Assembly: GCA_031292355.1 (NCBI GenBank)
Contig: JARLHI010000040.1
Location: 36,090-100,089 of the forward strand
Direction of reading: 5' to 3'
DNA: 64,000 nt
From: Candidatus Obscuribacterales bacterium
Lineage (GTDB): Bacteria; Cyanobacteriota; Vampirovibrionia; Obscuribacterales; Obscuribacteraceae
In this document: in pieces, positions 62,608-64,000 of the stretch
Position numbering within the stretch: position 1 is the stretch's first letter
How the letters are laid out: each line of letters opens with the position of its first letter
Made by a program: the position numbers and the translations under genes
The notes under the pieces: model-generated
What the model saw: the letters and a program-made list of their open reading frames with translations, nothing else
Databases searched by the model: none
What the model was told of the DNA's origin: nothing

Positions 62608-63654
62608 CTAGATTCGCGCAAAGTTAAGAGCTTGTTCTAGAAATGGCTTTCTGATCTCGTCGCTTTCCAGAAATAAATCGTGCCTTGCAAATTCGCCGGC
62701 TTCGTACAACTGCAGGTTGCTCAGTTTTCTGACGCATTGCCGTTGCTTGTAGGGTTTTATGATCAGGTCAGCACCGGGACATCCCACTAAAACTGGCGTT
62801 TTTATGTCCTTTAAGTAGTGTCCAGACCAAATAATGTCCAGTGACTTTTGATATTCTTGCAGCCATTCCCAGGTTGCGCCACCAGAGCGCAATTTGGGAT
62901 TTTGCTTGGCCCAGGCGGCTTCTAGTCGCACCCGTTTTTCGTCGTGAGAGTGTGTCGCCGCCTTAGTTACTTTTGGTTCCATGAAGTCCCAGTTGCCCTG
63001 ATCGTCAAGATACTTGTTGCCATTACCTGTGGTGCACTGCCACCACGTCATAAGAGAAATCAGTGTTGGGTTTTCTTTGCTGGCAAAATCCACGGCGGGC
63101 GCAGACAGTATCGCTTTATCCACTAAACCTGGATGGTCGTGCAGAAAACGTAGAGCAATATGACCTCCGAGTGAATGTGCCATGAGAATCAGTTTTTGTT
63201 TGCCCTGAGGTTTCACAACAGTCTCAATCAATTGAGCAAGGTCATTTGCATCATGGTCAAATCCCAGAGAATAAGCTTTTTCTCGGTCATCTAAATAACG
63301 GTCAGAACCGCCTTCGCCTCGCCAGTCCATCTCGTAAACGTTCCAATGAGCTTCAAGCAAATCATTAATCAGCTCGAAATAGACCTCGCCGAATTCTGTG
63401 AAGCCGGTCACCAGGATAATTGTGCCTTTAGGTTTTTCGGCTTGCGCCTGACCATAACGAATAGAGGCGCCGTCAGCATTTTTAAAAAAATGCCACTGCC
63501 AGTTCGGTGGTTGCTGAAATCTCTTTTCTTTTAGCAGCTCTTCATCTGATACTGCTGTTTTGGTAATAGTTGCATCTGCAAGGCATGGTGCTGCCAAAAT
63601 TATTGAACAAAGCAAAACAATTGCTAGTTTATAAAAATTTGTCCAGGCTGGCAT
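62608..63654 (-). CDS. secreted alpha/beta-hydrolase (lysophospholipase-like)
   Basis: Signal peptide. GxSxG nucleophile elbow AHSLGGH. Overall alpha/beta-hydrolase length. Confidence 0.7.
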   Translation of the reverse strand: MPAWTNFYKLAIVLLCSIILAAPCLADATITKTAVSDEELLKEKRFQQPPNWQWHFFKNADGASIRYGQAQAEKPKGTIILVTGFTEFGEVYFELINDLLEAHWNVYEMDWRGEGGSDRYLDDREKAYSLGFDHDANDLAQLIETVVKPQGKQKLILMAHSLGGHIALRFLHDHPGLVDKAILSAPAVDFASKENPTLISLMTWWQCTTGNGNKYLDDQGNWDFMEPKVTKAATHSHDEKRVRLEAAWAKQNPKLRSGGATWEWLQEYQKSLDIIWSGHYLKDIKTPVLVGCPGADLIIKPYKQRQCVRKLSNLQLYEAGEFARHDLFLESDEIRKPFLEQALNFARI

Positions 63655-64000
63655 TACTTTCTTCCACTCAGTATAGGGCTCGTTCGCATTTTAGCATTAT
63701 CGCCGGTTTGCTCTTTTCCGTCAGGTAAAATGCCTTCCTCAGTCCAACGAAGATGTCGCGATGCATGAAATAAGATGCATTGATTGATTCTCTTGTGGTT
63801 TGAGTGTGACACCTTCGAAAAATGGAAAGTCGCTATGTCCATACTGGAACAGTCTTCCGTCAAGATACTATTAAGGTTTTGCTCTCTCGTAGTCAAGTTG
63901 GTTGGCCTTTATTTCTTGAGCTGATATATTCTGGTCACATTCTTGCGAATTCAGTTCAGCGCGACTATTCAGCCGATGAACTTGATGACGTGGCGTTTTG

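Noticed and set aside
63654-63896. 80-aa minus ORF at the window end
   Set aside because: It would start upstream of the hydrolase gene with no RBS and no motif. Likely non-coding promoter region.
1-64000. tRNA, rRNA and CRISPR scan
   Set aside because: I looked for T-loop (GGTTCGAATCC-like) and acceptor-stem patterns in all intergenic regions over 100 bp and for regularly spaced direct repeats. I found none by eye, though a short ncRNA could be missed without a covariance-model search.

Overview
64-kb window of a bacterial chromosome with moderate GC and about 60 protein-coding genes. I found no rRNA, tRNA or CRISPR array by eye. The ORF track accepts GTG/TTG starts and prints them as M, so many starts were re-placed at ATG/GTG codons preceded by a Shine-Dalgarno-like AGGAG/GGAG. 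Housekeeping genes: Ku, inorganic pyrophosphatase, adenylate kinase, TadA, a class-V aminotransferase, pncA-pncB (NAD salvage) and dapD plus an M20D deacylase. The rest is dominated by membrane/envelope and signalling functions. (i) A long minus-strand operon at 36.2-47.9 kb carries a Ser/Thr kinase, a PP2C phosphatase, a VWA protein and an FHA protein that share N-terminal zinc ribbons, together with an orphan PstS-like binding protein and two large membrane proteins. (ii) Three SPFH/flotillin-family proteins (two tandem paralogs and a 724-aa one with N-terminal repeats) lie next to a divergently transcribed fatty-acid-hydroxylase-superfamily gene. (iii) A TPM-domain membrane protein with a ~700-aa Ala-rich helical insert is followed by two tandem PspA/IM30 paralogs, each with a conserved double-hairpin 3' element. 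(iv) A plus-strand island at 16.7-23.8 kb holds a patatin-like phospholipase, two potato-inhibitor-I (I13) family protease-inhibitor paralogs, a divergent QueC-like PP-loop enzyme with an N-terminal extension in a three-gene operon with no que genes nearby, and several unknowns. (v) An over-represented intergenic 12-mer, CTTTGCCTAAAA, occurs four times in the same orientation. (vi) A remnant of a tyrosine recombinase C-terminus suggests an old mobile-element scar. All functional calls rest on motif recognition by eye and no database search was run.
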